IMG/VR virus record: IMGVR_UViG_3300047548_000491
Coordinates: 1-64,000 of that record
From: an uncultured virus (IMG/VR IMGVR_UViG_3300047548_000491)
Lineage: Duplodnaviria; Heunggongvirae; Uroviricota; Caudoviricetes
DNA length: 64,000 bases
Direction: 5' to 3' (one strand)
The first letter of the stretch is position 1; every line of letters starts with the position of its first letter. Of this stretch, positions 8,974-18,362 are shown piece by piece. The notes under the pieces were generated by a model, which was not told the origin of the DNA, did no database searches, and worked only from the letters and a program-made list of their open reading frames with translations. Position numbers and translations under genes: made by a program.

Positions 8974-10260
8974 ATGAGCGAAGTCATCGACAAATCTAAG
9001 TCAAAAAAGAAGCGTAGCGAAAAGTTTGAAAAACTAGTGGGACCTATGGATCCTAAAGTAGACGCACAAGCACGTGAGCGTTTGGTTACTGCTCGTGTCG
9101 GTCTGTTGTTGCGCCAAAGTTTCTATGGTAACCTTGCTACCCGAATGAAGTTGATTAACGCAGACGAATGGTGTAGCACTGCGGCAACTGACGGTCTCAA
9201 TTTCTACTACAACTCTAGATTTATTATGATGCTGAAAACCAAAGAGGTTGAATTCCTTTTTGGTCACGAAGTGTTGCACGTAGTCTACGACCACATCGAC
9301 CGTCGAGGCAGTCGTGATCCTCAAATCTGGAACATCGCAAACGATTATACAGTTAACGCAGACTTGAAGCGACACAAAATTGGTCAGTTTATTACTACTG
9401 TGCCGTGTCTGTACGAACAAAAATATGACGGAAAAACTTCTGAGGAAATCTATGACGACCTCATGAAGAATCTTCCTAAACTTGATCTTGACCAACTCAT
9501 TGACCAAATGATTGACGATCATATGGACAATGAAGGTGATTCCGATGACGAAAACGGAAACGAGGGTAAAGCTAAACGTCCTAAGATGAGTGCGGAAGAA
9601 CGTGAACGTGTCCGTCAAGAAATCAAGCAGGCTGTAATTGCTGCCGCACAAACGGCTGAAGCAGGTCAACTCCCTAAAGGTGTTGAGCGCATCATTAAAC
9701 AAGCAACAAATCCTATCATGCCTTGGCGTGAACTGTTGCAAGTTAACCTGACTAGCGCAATTCGTAACGATTACTCTTGGATTCGTCCTAGTCGTAGAAG
9801 TTGGCACATGGATGCAGTCATGCCTGGTATGACTCCGGGTGAAGAAATTGATGTTACTATTGCAATCGATATGTCTGGTTCTATCAGCGACAAGCAAGCC
9901 CAGCAGTTTCTTGCTGAGATTGCTGGTATGATGAATGCATTTGATGGCTATAAGGTGCATGTGTTCTGTTTCGACACTGACATTTATAATCCTAAAGATT
10001 ATACCTCTGAGAACATGGACTCTATTGAGGAATATGAACCGAAAGGTGGCGGCGGCACAGATTTCGATGCTATCTTTGACTACCTTAAGAAAGAAGCAAT
10101 CGAACCTAAGCGATTGATTGTGTTCACTGATGGTTATCCCTGCGGTTCATGGGGTGATGAAAACTATTGTGATACTACTTGGATCATTCACGGAGATCCT
10201 GATCCGAATCCCCCGTTCGGTACTTGGGCTATCTATGATGACCATAGGAAAGGTAACTAA
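8974..10260 (+). CDS. HExxH metallopeptidase-like plus VWA domain protein (MoxR partner)
   Basis: TAATDG, HEVLH, MIDAS DMSGS, GGGTDF, FTDG. Confidence 0.85.
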   Translation: MSEVIDKSKSKKKRSEKFEKLVGPMDPKVDAQARERLVTARVGLLLRQSFYGNLATRMKLINADEWCSTAATDGLNFYYNSRFIMMLKTKEVEFLFGHEVLHVVYDHIDRRGSRDPQIWNIANDYTVNADLKRHKIGQFITTVPCLYEQKYDGKTSEEIYDDLMKNLPKLDLDQLIDQMIDDHMDNEGDSDDENGNEGKAKRPKMSAEERERVRQEIKQAVIAAAQTAEAGQLPKGVERIIKQATNPIMPWRELLQVNLTSAIRNDYSWIRPSRRSWHMDAVMPGMTPGEEIDVTIAIDMSGSISDKQAQQFLAEIAGMMNAFDGYKVHVFCFDTDIYNPKDYTSENMDSIEEYEPKGGGGTDFDAIFDYLKKEAIEPKRLIVFTDGYPCGSWGDENYCDTTWIIHGDPDPNPPFGTWAIYDDHRKGN

Positions 10261-10382
10261 TGGAACTCTTTTTAGATATTTTAGGCTACGGATTCATTGC
10301 AGTAGTATTACTTGTTATTGCATATCTGTTTGTAAAAATTTTTATTGGTGGTCTAGAGGCACTAACTAAAGATAATGATTGA
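10260..10382 (+). CDS. 40-aa single-pass membrane peptide missed by the ORF track
   Basis: MELFLDILGYGFIAVVLLVIAYLFVKIFIGG...; TAATG overlap. Confidence 0.6.
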   Translation: MELFLDILGYGFIAVVLLVIAYLFVKIFIGGLEALTKDND

Positions 10383-10608
10383 CCAAGAAGCGGGTGTAGT
10401 ATACGAATCTCCTGATGGAGGTAAGACTATCTACGCCCGCACCATCGGCTCTGCTACCAGAACTCTAGTTAGTGTAGATGAACTTGTTGTCAAGGAACAA
10501 CAGTTATTAGATCGATGGAAAGGTTTGAAACGTGCAGTGTTCATGGATGATCCGGTAATCAATGACCTACTTAGTAAGATAGACGTTCTTGTAGAATTGA
10601 AAAGATGA
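10375..10608 (+). CDS. hypothetical protein
   Basis: VYESPDGGKTIYAR; operon packing. Confidence 0.7.
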   Translation: MIDQEAGVVYESPDGGKTIYARTIGSATRTLVSVDELVVKEQQLLDRWKGLKRAVFMDDPVINDLLSKIDVLVELKR

Positions 10609-10868
10609 TGGATTCTATTAATCCTATCACGTGGTTTAGTACACGTGAAGTTCCATTTGTACCAAAACATTTCGTAAAGGCAAGCACCCCTCTAACTACT
10701 AAGTCTTTGTTTTGGGTAAAATCAACACTCACCGGTAGATACAGCTATCAGGCTAACTATGAGAACTCTATTGTATTCAACGAATCAATGGTGATATTTT
10801 TCGAAGATCCTGCCGAACTTACGATATATGAACTACGTTGGTCGGGCACAAATATTTTTTCATCATAA
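10605..10868 (+). CDS. dispersed LRW-family small protein
   Basis: IFFEDPAELTIYELRWS. Confidence 0.7.
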   Translation: MMDSINPITWFSTREVPFVPKHFVKASTPLTTKSLFWVKSTLTGRYSYQANYENSIVFNESMVIFFEDPAELTIYELRWSGTNIFSS

Positions 10869-10907
10869 AACTCACGTTAAATATATACATCCTTAAGGAG
10901 ATATATT

Positions 10908-11600
10908 ATGAGTTTTTTACGCCATATCGGTAAAATAGGTGATCGTAAGGTTGCTATTTTATTCAGAGAAGTGCCCGGAGAACCACATATGTGCTTAGTC
11001 GCATATACGGAAACATTGAATCAGCACATACATGATCCTATGATGGCATGTATTGAAAGTGACATTGGTCAAAACAGTGAGAATCTTGCTGACGCATTGA
11101 ATAGAACATATACCAAAGACGGTAAGATTATTTTACAAGTGTTGCATTCACAGGGGTTGATTAAAAAAGTACAAACACAACAGGTACTTGCTACTCCCAC
11201 CCCTACTACTAACATTAAGTTGAATGAGTTGAACAAAATACTTGATGAAATGAAACAAGGTGAAGATGCTGTTAAGCGTTTGGCTGAACTTGATGCAAGT
11301 CGTGGTTTGCAAGATCCTGTGGATGTTGCACGTAGAATGCGCGGAGAGTCTACATTACCTGCATCGCAACCAGTTTCACCAGCACAAGGAATATTAGGTG
11401 ACGCACAGATAGCTAATAACCTCAGGCAACAGGCTGAACGTATGGCTGCAGAAGCAAAGGGCTTGCTAGCAGAGTCTAGCAGATTGATGAAGGAAGCAGC
11501 ACAACTAGAAGGTGTTATGCCTGAAACAACCCACGCAGTACCTGTTGTTAGTGAAACTAAAAAAAGAGGTCGTCCTGCAAAGGCAAAGATTTTATCATAA
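10908..11600 (+). CDS. hypothetical protein with coiled coil and C-terminal AT-hook-like motif
   Basis: TAAATA and AAGGAG upstream; KKRGRPAK. Confidence 0.75.
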   Translation: MSFLRHIGKIGDRKVAILFREVPGEPHMCLVAYTETLNQHIHDPMMACIESDIGQNSENLADALNRTYTKDGKIILQVLHSQGLIKKVQTQQVLATPTPTTNIKLNELNKILDEMKQGEDAVKRLAELDASRGLQDPVDVARRMRGESTLPASQPVSPAQGILGDAQIANNLRQQAERMAAEAKGLLAESSRLMKEAAQLEGVMPETTHAVPVVSETKKRGRPAKAKILS

Positions 11601-11608
11601 GTAATTAG

Positions 11609-11905
11609 ATGACACCTGAATATTTAAGAAAATGGGAATCTATTATAGAGGACATTGATAAAGTAAAAGTACCAGTTCAGTTCATCAAAAAAATTATTGT
11701 TAAAATGACTGGTAAAAAACAACATACTATCAATATTCAAAATTTGCTAAAGCAAGGATTAGACCCTGAAGAAATCGAAGAATTAGTAAGTCGCAAGCTA
11801 CATGAACTCGACCCGCTGATAACAAGTTTTGAATTTATTTTAAATATTGAAAGTATTGCTGAAACGGTACAACCTCAAACAGATAAACTATTGAATAAGT
11901 TATGA
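11609..11905 (+). CDS. hypothetical protein
   Basis: ORF packing, ATGA overlap with DHFR. Confidence 0.7.
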   Translation: MTPEYLRKWESIIEDIDKVKVPVQFIKKIIVKMTGKKQHTINIQNLLKQGLDPEEIEELVSRKLHELDPLITSFEFILNIESIAETVQPQTDKLLNKL

Positions 11906-12345
11906 AATTAATCATTGCTTGTGATCCTAAAGGAGGAATAGGCTTTGATGGTAAGTTGCCCTGGAGTAAAATCGAGGGCGATTTGCCAAGATTCAAGGCA
12001 TTAACAACTGGTAAGATTGTACTGATGGGACGCAATACATATGACAATTTACCGAAGAAACCTCTACCCAACAGAGTTAATTGGGTAAAATCAACACGCC
12101 CTATCAATGATGTTGTTAATCCTGATGATAACATGATTAAAACAGAAAAAGATGTTTGGTTAATAGGCGGCGCAAAGATGGTTGAAAGCTATTGGCAATA
12201 TATCGATGAAATACATCTATCTAGGACCTTTGCCGAATATACTTGTGATACTTTTATAAGTCTAGTACAATTAGAAAATGAGTTTATGTGCTGGTTTAAA
12301 GAAAATCAATCAGACCATTCTTATGAAATTTGGAAAAGAAGATGA
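11902..12345 (+). CDS. folA: dihydrofolate reductase
   Basis: GIGFDGKLPW, DLPRFK, MGRNTY, PLPNR, IGGA. Confidence 0.93.
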   Translation: MKLIIACDPKGGIGFDGKLPWSKIEGDLPRFKALTTGKIVLMGRNTYDNLPKKPLPNRVNWVKSTRPINDVVNPDDNMIKTEKDVWLIGGAKMVESYWQYIDEIHLSRTFAEYTCDTFISLVQLENEFMCWFKENQSDHSYEIWKRR

Positions 12346-12575
12346 TAGATATAAAATGGTATAATGATCAAACTGCTAAGATTGCATACGACCAAATGCG
12401 TTCTAAATTAGATCCTCTTGTCGTTGAAATGTTTCCTGAATATGAATTAAGTCACTTCGGTATTAATAGGAACAATGATACAGAAGAAGTTATAATTAAA
12501 CTGCACTTGAACAAATTAGGAACAGTTAAGGTTGTTGGAACAGAACCCTGGAATGATTATACGAGATTAAAATGA
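12342..12575 (+). CDS. hypothetical protein
   Basis: ATGA overlaps at both ends. Confidence 0.65.
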   Translation: MIDIKWYNDQTAKIAYDQMRSKLDPLVVEMFPEYELSHFGINRNNDTEEVIIKLHLNKLGTVKVVGTEPWNDYTRLK

Positions 12576-13471
12576 AACAATATCACGATTTACTACAAGA
12601 TATATTAGACAACGGAATTGAAAAAGATGATAGAACTAGTGTTGGGACTTATAGTGTTTTTGGACGTCATCTTCGCTTTGATTTGCGTAGGGGCTTTCCC
12701 GCAGTCACTACTAAAAAATTGGCATGGAAGGCTTGTGTCGGTGAGCTTCTATGGTTTATTGAAGGATCTGGTGATGAGCGTAGATTGGCAGAACTCACCC
12801 ATGGTACTACCGAAGGCAAGGTTACTATCTGGACGCCGAATGCGCTTGCGCCCTACTGGAAACCTAAAGCGAAATTCGAGGGGGATTTGGGTAGGGTCTA
12901 TGGCGTACAATGGCGCCACTGGAACAAATATACGGAAGAGAAAGACTACGGCGAGGCGCACAAAGGTGGGCAACGCCTAGCAGTAGATAAGACAGAAATC
13001 GATCAGTTAGCAAATTTAATTGAAGGTTTGAAAACTGACCCTAATAGTCGCAGACATATACTAAGCGCATGGAACGTTGCAGAACTAGACCAAATGGCAT
13101 TGCCTCCGTGTCATGTAATGTGTCAATTCCATGTTAGCAAATATAGAGAACTTAGTTGTCACATGTATCAACGAAGTGTTGATGTGTTCTTAGGTCTACC
13201 ATTCAACATTGCTAGTTATGCTCTACTCACACATATGATTGCACAAGTATGTGATTTCACTGTAGGTGATCTAATCATCAGCACCGGTGATACACATATC
13301 TATAAGAATCATGTTGAACAAGTTAAAGAACAATTGTCACGCCGTGCATTCGGTATGCCCTCGTTGATTCTCAATCCTGAGATTAAAGACATTACAAAAT
13401 TTACAATGAACGACATTCACCTTGAAGGATATGAAAGTCATGGACCAATTAAAGCAATCATGGCAGTCTGA
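12572..13471 (+). CDS. thyA: thymidylate synthase
   Basis: DRT, ELLWF, YGVQWR, ALPPCH, YQRSVD, PFN, HIY. Confidence 0.97.
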   Translation: MKQYHDLLQDILDNGIEKDDRTSVGTYSVFGRHLRFDLRRGFPAVTTKKLAWKACVGELLWFIEGSGDERRLAELTHGTTEGKVTIWTPNALAPYWKPKAKFEGDLGRVYGVQWRHWNKYTEEKDYGEAHKGGQRLAVDKTEIDQLANLIEGLKTDPNSRRHILSAWNVAELDQMALPPCHVMCQFHVSKYRELSCHMYQRSVDVFLGLPFNIASYALLTHMIAQVCDFTVGDLIISTGDTHIYKNHVEQVKEQLSRRAFGMPSLILNPEIKDITKFTMNDIHLEGYESHGPIKAIMAV

Positions 13472-13721
13472 CAATGAAGATGCCGTAACATCTTGTTGTG
13501 TGGTACATACATTCAATATGGGTGATGTAGAAGATCCCGATTTGTTGGCGGCTCAGAGTTTGTTTGAATTTGAAAAATCAGAAAAAGGTGAGTGGGTAAT
13601 GAAAAATTCAGCACCTGTTGCTAGTTGGCATAGGATGCCCAAAGACTACGGATGGCAATATCAAATTCGTGCGTATCTGACACCCGAAAAAATGACATAT
13701 TATAAATTGAAGTACGAATGA
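13422..13721 (+). CDS. hypothetical protein, LRW-family-like C-terminus (start uncertain, perhaps 13440)
   Basis: Ends TYYKLKYE. Confidence 0.65.
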   Translation: MKDMKVMDQLKQSWQSDNEDAVTSCCVVHTFNMGDVEDPDLLAAQSLFEFEKSEKGEWVMKNSAPVASWHRMPKDYGWQYQIRAYLTPEKMTYYKLKYE

Positions 13722-14680
13722 AAATTTTAGTAACAGGTGGATTAGGTCTTATAGGCCACCACGTTGTAAAACGTTTGCAAAACATGAGTCACCAAGTATC
13801 TATCATGGATACACGGACTACATATGGCGTTATCCCACGTGAAGAAATCACTTATTTGATGGGCGAACGTCTTAAACAGATTCCGTCAATTGAAAGGTTA
13901 TATGACTTTGATATTGCAAATCAAGGACAAGTAAATCACGTATTTTATAAAGAAGAACCTGAACTTGTCATCCACATGGCTAGTTTCCCTCGACAAAAAG
14001 TTGTAAATGCAAATCCTGCATTAGGTTCAAGAACTATGTCAGAGGGATTATTGAATCTATGTGAAGCTAGTGTAGAATACGGAGCCAAACGTTTCTTGTA
14101 TATCAGCTCCAGTATGGTGTACGGAGATTTCAAAGATGATGTTAAAGAGGATTATAATTGCAAACCTCAAGGTCAATATGGAATAATGAAACTAGCAGGA
14201 GAACACCTTGTCAAAGACTACAGCCGTCGTAATTGCTTCACTCACACTATCATTCGTCCTAGTGCTGTTTACGGGCCACTTGATGTTGAAGATAGAGTCA
14301 TATCAAAATTCATGCTCACAGCAATGCGAGGAGAAGTGCTCAAGGTCAATGGAGCGACGGAAACCTTGGACTTCACCTACGTTGAAGATGCCGCAGACGG
14401 TATAGTTGCCGCAGCACTATCAGACAATACACACAACAAAACTTATAACATAACTAAGAGCCATAGCCATAGTTTATTAGATGCTGCTAACCTTGCAGTA
14501 AAGATTGTGGGTAAAGGCACAGTTAATGTCAGGGATAGAGATCCTGACTTTCCTAGCAGGGGAGCGTTAAATATCGATGCCGCACGTAAGGACTTTGGAT
14601 TTGATCCAAAAGTAGACGTTGAAGAAGGCTTTCAGAAATACTATGATTGGTTAAAGGATTCTACATACTATAATAAATAA
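13718..14680 (+). CDS. NAD-dependent nucleotide-sugar epimerase/dehydratase
   Basis: VTGGLGLIG, SSSMVYG, YGIMK. Confidence 0.92.
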   Translation: MKILVTGGLGLIGHHVVKRLQNMSHQVSIMDTRTTYGVIPREEITYLMGERLKQIPSIERLYDFDIANQGQVNHVFYKEEPELVIHMASFPRQKVVNANPALGSRTMSEGLLNLCEASVEYGAKRFLYISSSMVYGDFKDDVKEDYNCKPQGQYGIMKLAGEHLVKDYSRRNCFTHTIIRPSAVYGPLDVEDRVISKFMLTAMRGEVLKVNGATETLDFTYVEDAADGIVAAALSDNTHNKTYNITKSHSHSLLDAANLAVKIVGKGTVNVRDRDPDFPSRGALNIDAARKDFGFDPKVDVEEGFQKYYDWLKDSTYYNK

Positions 14681-14684
14681 CAGT

Positions 14685-15134
14685 ATGTGGATCATTAGCT
14701 TTGCACCCGAATGGGTATTTCATGTTATCTTTGGGTTAGGTGTACTTGGTACCATTGCGGGGTTTGTGCTTGGGTTCATACCTGTAATCAGACAATATAA
14801 GCTACCTATACAGATAATTAGTATTTTGACATTGATTTTAGGTGTATACCTTGAGGGTGCATTAGCAGATTACCGTGAGTGGGAAATGAAAGCTGCTGAA
14901 TTAAAAGTTAAAATTGCTGACATGGAAACCAAATTAGCCCAAAGTGACACAAAAATTGTTGAAAAAGTTGTAGTTAAAACCGAACTTGTTAAACAAAAGG
15001 GCAAGGATGTTGTAAAATATGTAGACAGAGAGATTGTCAAATACGACACTAAATTCTTGCCAGGGGGACAATGCGAGATTCCACAAGAATTTTATAAAGC
15101 GTACAACGATTCACTGAGCTTAGATTTAAAATGA
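14685..15134 (+). CDS. putative inner-membrane spanin (Rz-like)
   Basis: N-terminal transmembrane helices plus coiled coil; overlaps a lipoprotein gene. Confidence 0.55.
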   Translation: MWIISFAPEWVFHVIFGLGVLGTIAGFVLGFIPVIRQYKLPIQIISILTLILGVYLEGALADYREWEMKAAELKVKIADMETKLAQSDTKIVEKVVVKTELVKQKGKDVVKYVDREIVKYDTKFLPGGQCEIPQEFYKAYNDSLSLDLK

Positions 15135-15400
15135 AACCACTATTATTACTAACACTTGTGCTTGCGGGCTGCTCTACTGCGGTTCCAGTAACTATGAACA
15201 ATCCTTACGAGATTCCGCAATCATTAATGCAAGATTGCAGGGATCCTGAAATGCTGAATCCTGAAGCTAAATTCAGCGATAATGTCAAAATTATGATAGA
15301 CAATAACACAAAAGCCACCGAATGCAGGGTGGCTAAACGTGCTCTAAATGAACTTATTCAACAAAGAAAAGAAATCTTTGATAAGTCGATGAAGAAGTAA
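15131..15400 (+). CDS. lipoprotein, putative outer-membrane spanin (Rz1-like)
   Basis: Lipobox LAGC; P..LM..C..P pattern. Confidence 0.6.
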   Translation: MKPLLLLTLVLAGCSTAVPVTMNNPYEIPQSLMQDCRDPEMLNPEAKFSDNVKIMIDNNTKATECRVAKRALNELIQQRKEIFDKSMKK

Positions 15401-15841
15401 TCAGTCACACCAAGACTGTTTTGCTTCCCCGAAATATTCTCGGGCAAATCCGTTCTTAATCAACATTGAACGTAGACTTTGACCATTTAGGATAACGTCT
15501 CCTAATACACGGCCACCGAATTTATCCCACGCATATAACGTGACCTGTCTCTTTTGACTGGCAGCAACTGTGTCTTTTGTGAATTTAGTTGCTGCTTGAC
15601 CTTTAGCATCCTCGGAAGCGCATTTTGCTCTGAATCCCTTTTCAGGCGTGTCGACCCCGTATATTCTTACAGCTAATTCTGGTTTTAGCGGTGCAGGAAG
15701 AAAGGGTGCAGATATCACAATAGTATCCCCGTCATTTACACGGATAATTTGTGCGTCATATGTGACTCCTGTGGGCGTTTTTTGTGCAAAAACACTGGAT
15801 GCAACGGATGCTAGTAATAAAGATAATAGTAATTTGTTCAT
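15401..15841 (-). CDS. SNase/thermonuclease-family nuclease with signal peptide
   Basis: VNDGDT, RIYGVDTPE, DKFGGR, LIKNGFA. Confidence 0.9.
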   Translation of the reverse strand: MNKLLLSLLLASVASSVFAQKTPTGVTYDAQIIRVNDGDTIVISAPFLPAPLKPELAVRIYGVDTPEKGFRAKCASEDAKGQAATKFTKDTVAASQKRQVTLYAWDKFGGRVLGDVILNGQSLRSMLIKNGFAREYFGEAKQSWCD

Positions 15842-15890
15842 AGTAAGATATTTATTCCGACGATAAATACACTATACGCGGAATCATAAC

Positions 15891-16670
15891 ATGACAGTTA
15901 CCACAGCAAATATTGACATAGGTTCTTTACCGAACGACGGAACAGGTGATCCGTTACGTACGGCGTTTGAAAAGATCAATGATAATTTTTTAATATTAGA
16001 AGAATTAGCACCCCAAGGTCCTAATGGATCATTTCAATTCAATAACGATGGCATACCTAACGGAACCGGGAATTTTACTTATGTTTCCAGTGATAATGTC
16101 ATACAATTAGGAATAGATGTACGATTATTAGGAAATGTTTCTATTGGTAATACGACTAATAGACTGAGCAATTTGTATGTAGGAAACTCTGCACTATATT
16201 TAGGTAATGTAAACATAAGAGAATCGGCAAACGTAGTAAGTTTTCCGATATCAGTGTTGCCTTCTAGTAAAGCAAGTTTAGCTGCTGATAATATCAATGC
16301 TGACGGAAATGTAGTAGCAGTTGGTAAAATTCAGACTGCAAATTTAGCCATATCTGAACTCCAAGTAACTACCTCAAATAATAGTACAAATCAAGTTTTA
16401 TTCCAAATCCCTGCAACTGAATTTGTAAATGGAATTGTCTACGTCCACACTAGAGAAGTCAATTCCAATAATAGCCAGTCTGTTACATTAGCGGTGAATA
16501 AAAACAACAATAATAACACCGTAGGTTATAGCGTTTATGGTACTATTTTCGTTGGCACAGTATTAACAGACTATGACGTAGACATAGGTTATGGAAATGT
16601 TAGGGTAATGGTAAATCCGTTATTAAATGCTAATATGGTTCATACGGTATCTTATCAATATACAATTTAA
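15891..16670 (+). CDS. baseplate/fibre protein with T4 gp9/gp10-like N-terminus
   Basis: IDIGSLPNDGTGDPLRTAFEKINDNF. Confidence 0.75.
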   Translation: MTVTTANIDIGSLPNDGTGDPLRTAFEKINDNFLILEELAPQGPNGSFQFNNDGIPNGTGNFTYVSSDNVIQLGIDVRLLGNVSIGNTTNRLSNLYVGNSALYLGNVNIRESANVVSFPISVLPSSKASLAADNINADGNVVAVGKIQTANLAISELQVTTSNNSTNQVLFQIPATEFVNGIVYVHTREVNSNNSQSVTLAVNKNNNNNTVGYSVYGTIFVGTVLTDYDVDIGYGNVRVMVNPLLNANMVHTVSYQYTI

Positions 16671-16671
16671 T

Positions 16672-17046
16672 ATGAGAGCATCTGAATTTATAACAGAATC
16701 GAAAAAAAGAGCAAAGGTTACTAAACGCCAGGCACAGTCTAGTGTTGGGCTAGATGTTTTCCGTGATGTTGAATTTGCTGACAGATTTTACGAACTCAAC
16801 AGAGTGATGATGGCAGTTGCAGCATCAGATGGAATTAATCCAGTAAAAATTGACCAAGAATCTTGGATCGGTCGTTTAAATCTTGCAGCACCCTACAGTA
16901 GTATCGAACAAAAAATGCTTTCGGATGCGTTTAAAGCAGTTGGTGCATATCATGAAGATTTGGTACAAGGCGATTTACGTAGTCAAGAACTATCTGACGT
17001 TAACAAAACTAGCCCAGTAACTGGATTCAAGGGATTTAAAAAATAA
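16672..17046 (+). CDS. hypothetical protein, possibly head associated
   Basis: Starts MRASEFITE. Confidence 0.7.
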   Translation: MRASEFITESKKRAKVTKRQAQSSVGLDVFRDVEFADRFYELNRVMMAVAASDGINPVKIDQESWIGRLNLAAPYSSIEQKMLSDAFKAVGAYHEDLVQGDLRSQELSDVNKTSPVTGFKGFKK

Positions 17047-17097
17047 ATTAATACTTCTTTGTTTGTGACTAAGTAATTTATATTTCTTAGGAAAAAC

Positions 17098-17796
17098 ATG
17101 GAAAAATTATTAGATATTAATAAAACATTAGACCTAGTAAAGTTGAAATTTTATAATGAGTGGTTATACACTGCTCACATATACGATGAGGGAGATAGTG
17201 GTCTACACTCTTCCCTAACTAAGCAAGTTGTCTCAGCATACATAGATCCCTTAAAGTTACCCAAAGATGCAGTAATTTTAGATATGGGAGCAGGCCCCGG
17301 ATATTTCTTAGATGAAATGAAAGAACGGGGATATACCAAATGTATTGGGGTCGGTCTTAGTACCAAAGACAACGAAATAGCCCGAAGCAAAGGGCATGTT
17401 ATTAAAGAATACGATTTCACTTTCATCCCCCAACAAGAAGGGTGGTATGATGAATCAGTTGATTTTATATTTGCTAGACATTCATTAGAACATAGTCCTT
17501 ATCCTATTTTCACACTAATGGAATATAATCGCTTGTTGAAACAATTTGGCAAAATGTACATCGAGCTTCCGGCACCCGGTGCGCAACGTAAATTTGAATA
17601 TAATCTAAATCATTACAGTGTTTTAGGTGAAGATATGATAGTTGCTTTATTAGAGAGAACTGGTTTTAAGATTGATTTCTTTAATATCATGGAATTTGAT
17701 GCCGAGGTGAACGTTTCAGAAGATAAAAGAGAACAGATCAAAGAAAAGTATTTCTCAATCATGGTCACTAAACAAAAACCATTGGATATCAAATAA
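17098..17796 (+). CDS. class I SAM-dependent methyltransferase
   Basis: ILDMGAGPG; DFIFARHSLEH. Confidence 0.88.
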   Translation: MEKLLDINKTLDLVKLKFYNEWLYTAHIYDEGDSGLHSSLTKQVVSAYIDPLKLPKDAVILDMGAGPGYFLDEMKERGYTKCIGVGLSTKDNEIARSKGHVIKEYDFTFIPQQEGWYDESVDFIFARHSLEHSPYPIFTLMEYNRLLKQFGKMYIELPAPGAQRKFEYNLNHYSVLGEDMIVALLERTGFKIDFFNIMEFDAEVNVSEDKREQIKEKYFSIMVTKQKPLDIK

Positions 17797-17803
17797 ATAC
17801 TTA

Positions 17804-18082
17804 ATGACCTTTGATCCCTGGAAACAGCGAAAAATAATGAATGGTCTGGATAAACTTCAGACCATTCCTTTACCTGCAGAAGTTAATGATACTGTTGAAG
17901 ACATGAAAAGACTTGCTGGAATATCTTCAAATCATGTACCCGAGGGGTCAAATATTAGCTTTACGGGAAATCAAAAGGGTGAATTAATGAAAAAACATAA
18001 TATTCAACCCGGAACACCTGAATGGTTTCAGCTATGGTTTAGTTTACCCTATATGACTGGTGAGAAGCCAGTTGATAAATAA
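17804..18082 (+). CDS. hypothetical late protein
   Basis: TAAATA 4 nt upstream; MKRLAGI, PGTPEWF. Confidence 0.7.
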   Translation: MTFDPWKQRKIMNGLDKLQTIPLPAEVNDTVEDMKRLAGISSNHVPEGSNISFTGNQKGELMKKHNIQPGTPEWFQLWFSLPYMTGEKPVDK

Positions 18083-18086
18083 TAAT

Positions 18087-18362
18087 ATGAGAGCTACTGA
18101 TTTTATTCGCGGATTACTCGATATCATTGACGGTGTCCAAACACAAGAGAATCCTATAGTGGATTATGCTGAAGAAAATTCGGCTGATTGCGATATGGAT
18201 GAAATCGCACAGGATACCTATAGTAATACGCCTGATGAACAGATCACGCCCACTGATACAATCATGAGTATAGGTAATGATGTACATAAACCTAAAAATC
18301 CAGCAGATATAAGAGTATCGACAGTAGCATTGTATCCAGAAACTGCATATAAAGGTAAGTAA
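18087..18362 (+). CDS. hypothetical acidic late protein
   Basis: TAAATA 5 nt upstream; starts MRATDF. Confidence 0.7.
   Translation: MRATDFIRGLLDIIDGVQTQENPIVDYAEENSADCDMDEIAQDTYSNTPDEQITPTDTIMSIGNDVHKPKNPADIRVSTVALYPETAYKGK

Noticed and set aside
7733..9960. Long antisense ORFs (7733-8344, 9034-9960; also 29396-30289, 56611-57384)
   Set aside because: These are shadows of strongly codon-biased sense genes, with no RBS or recognisable motifs.
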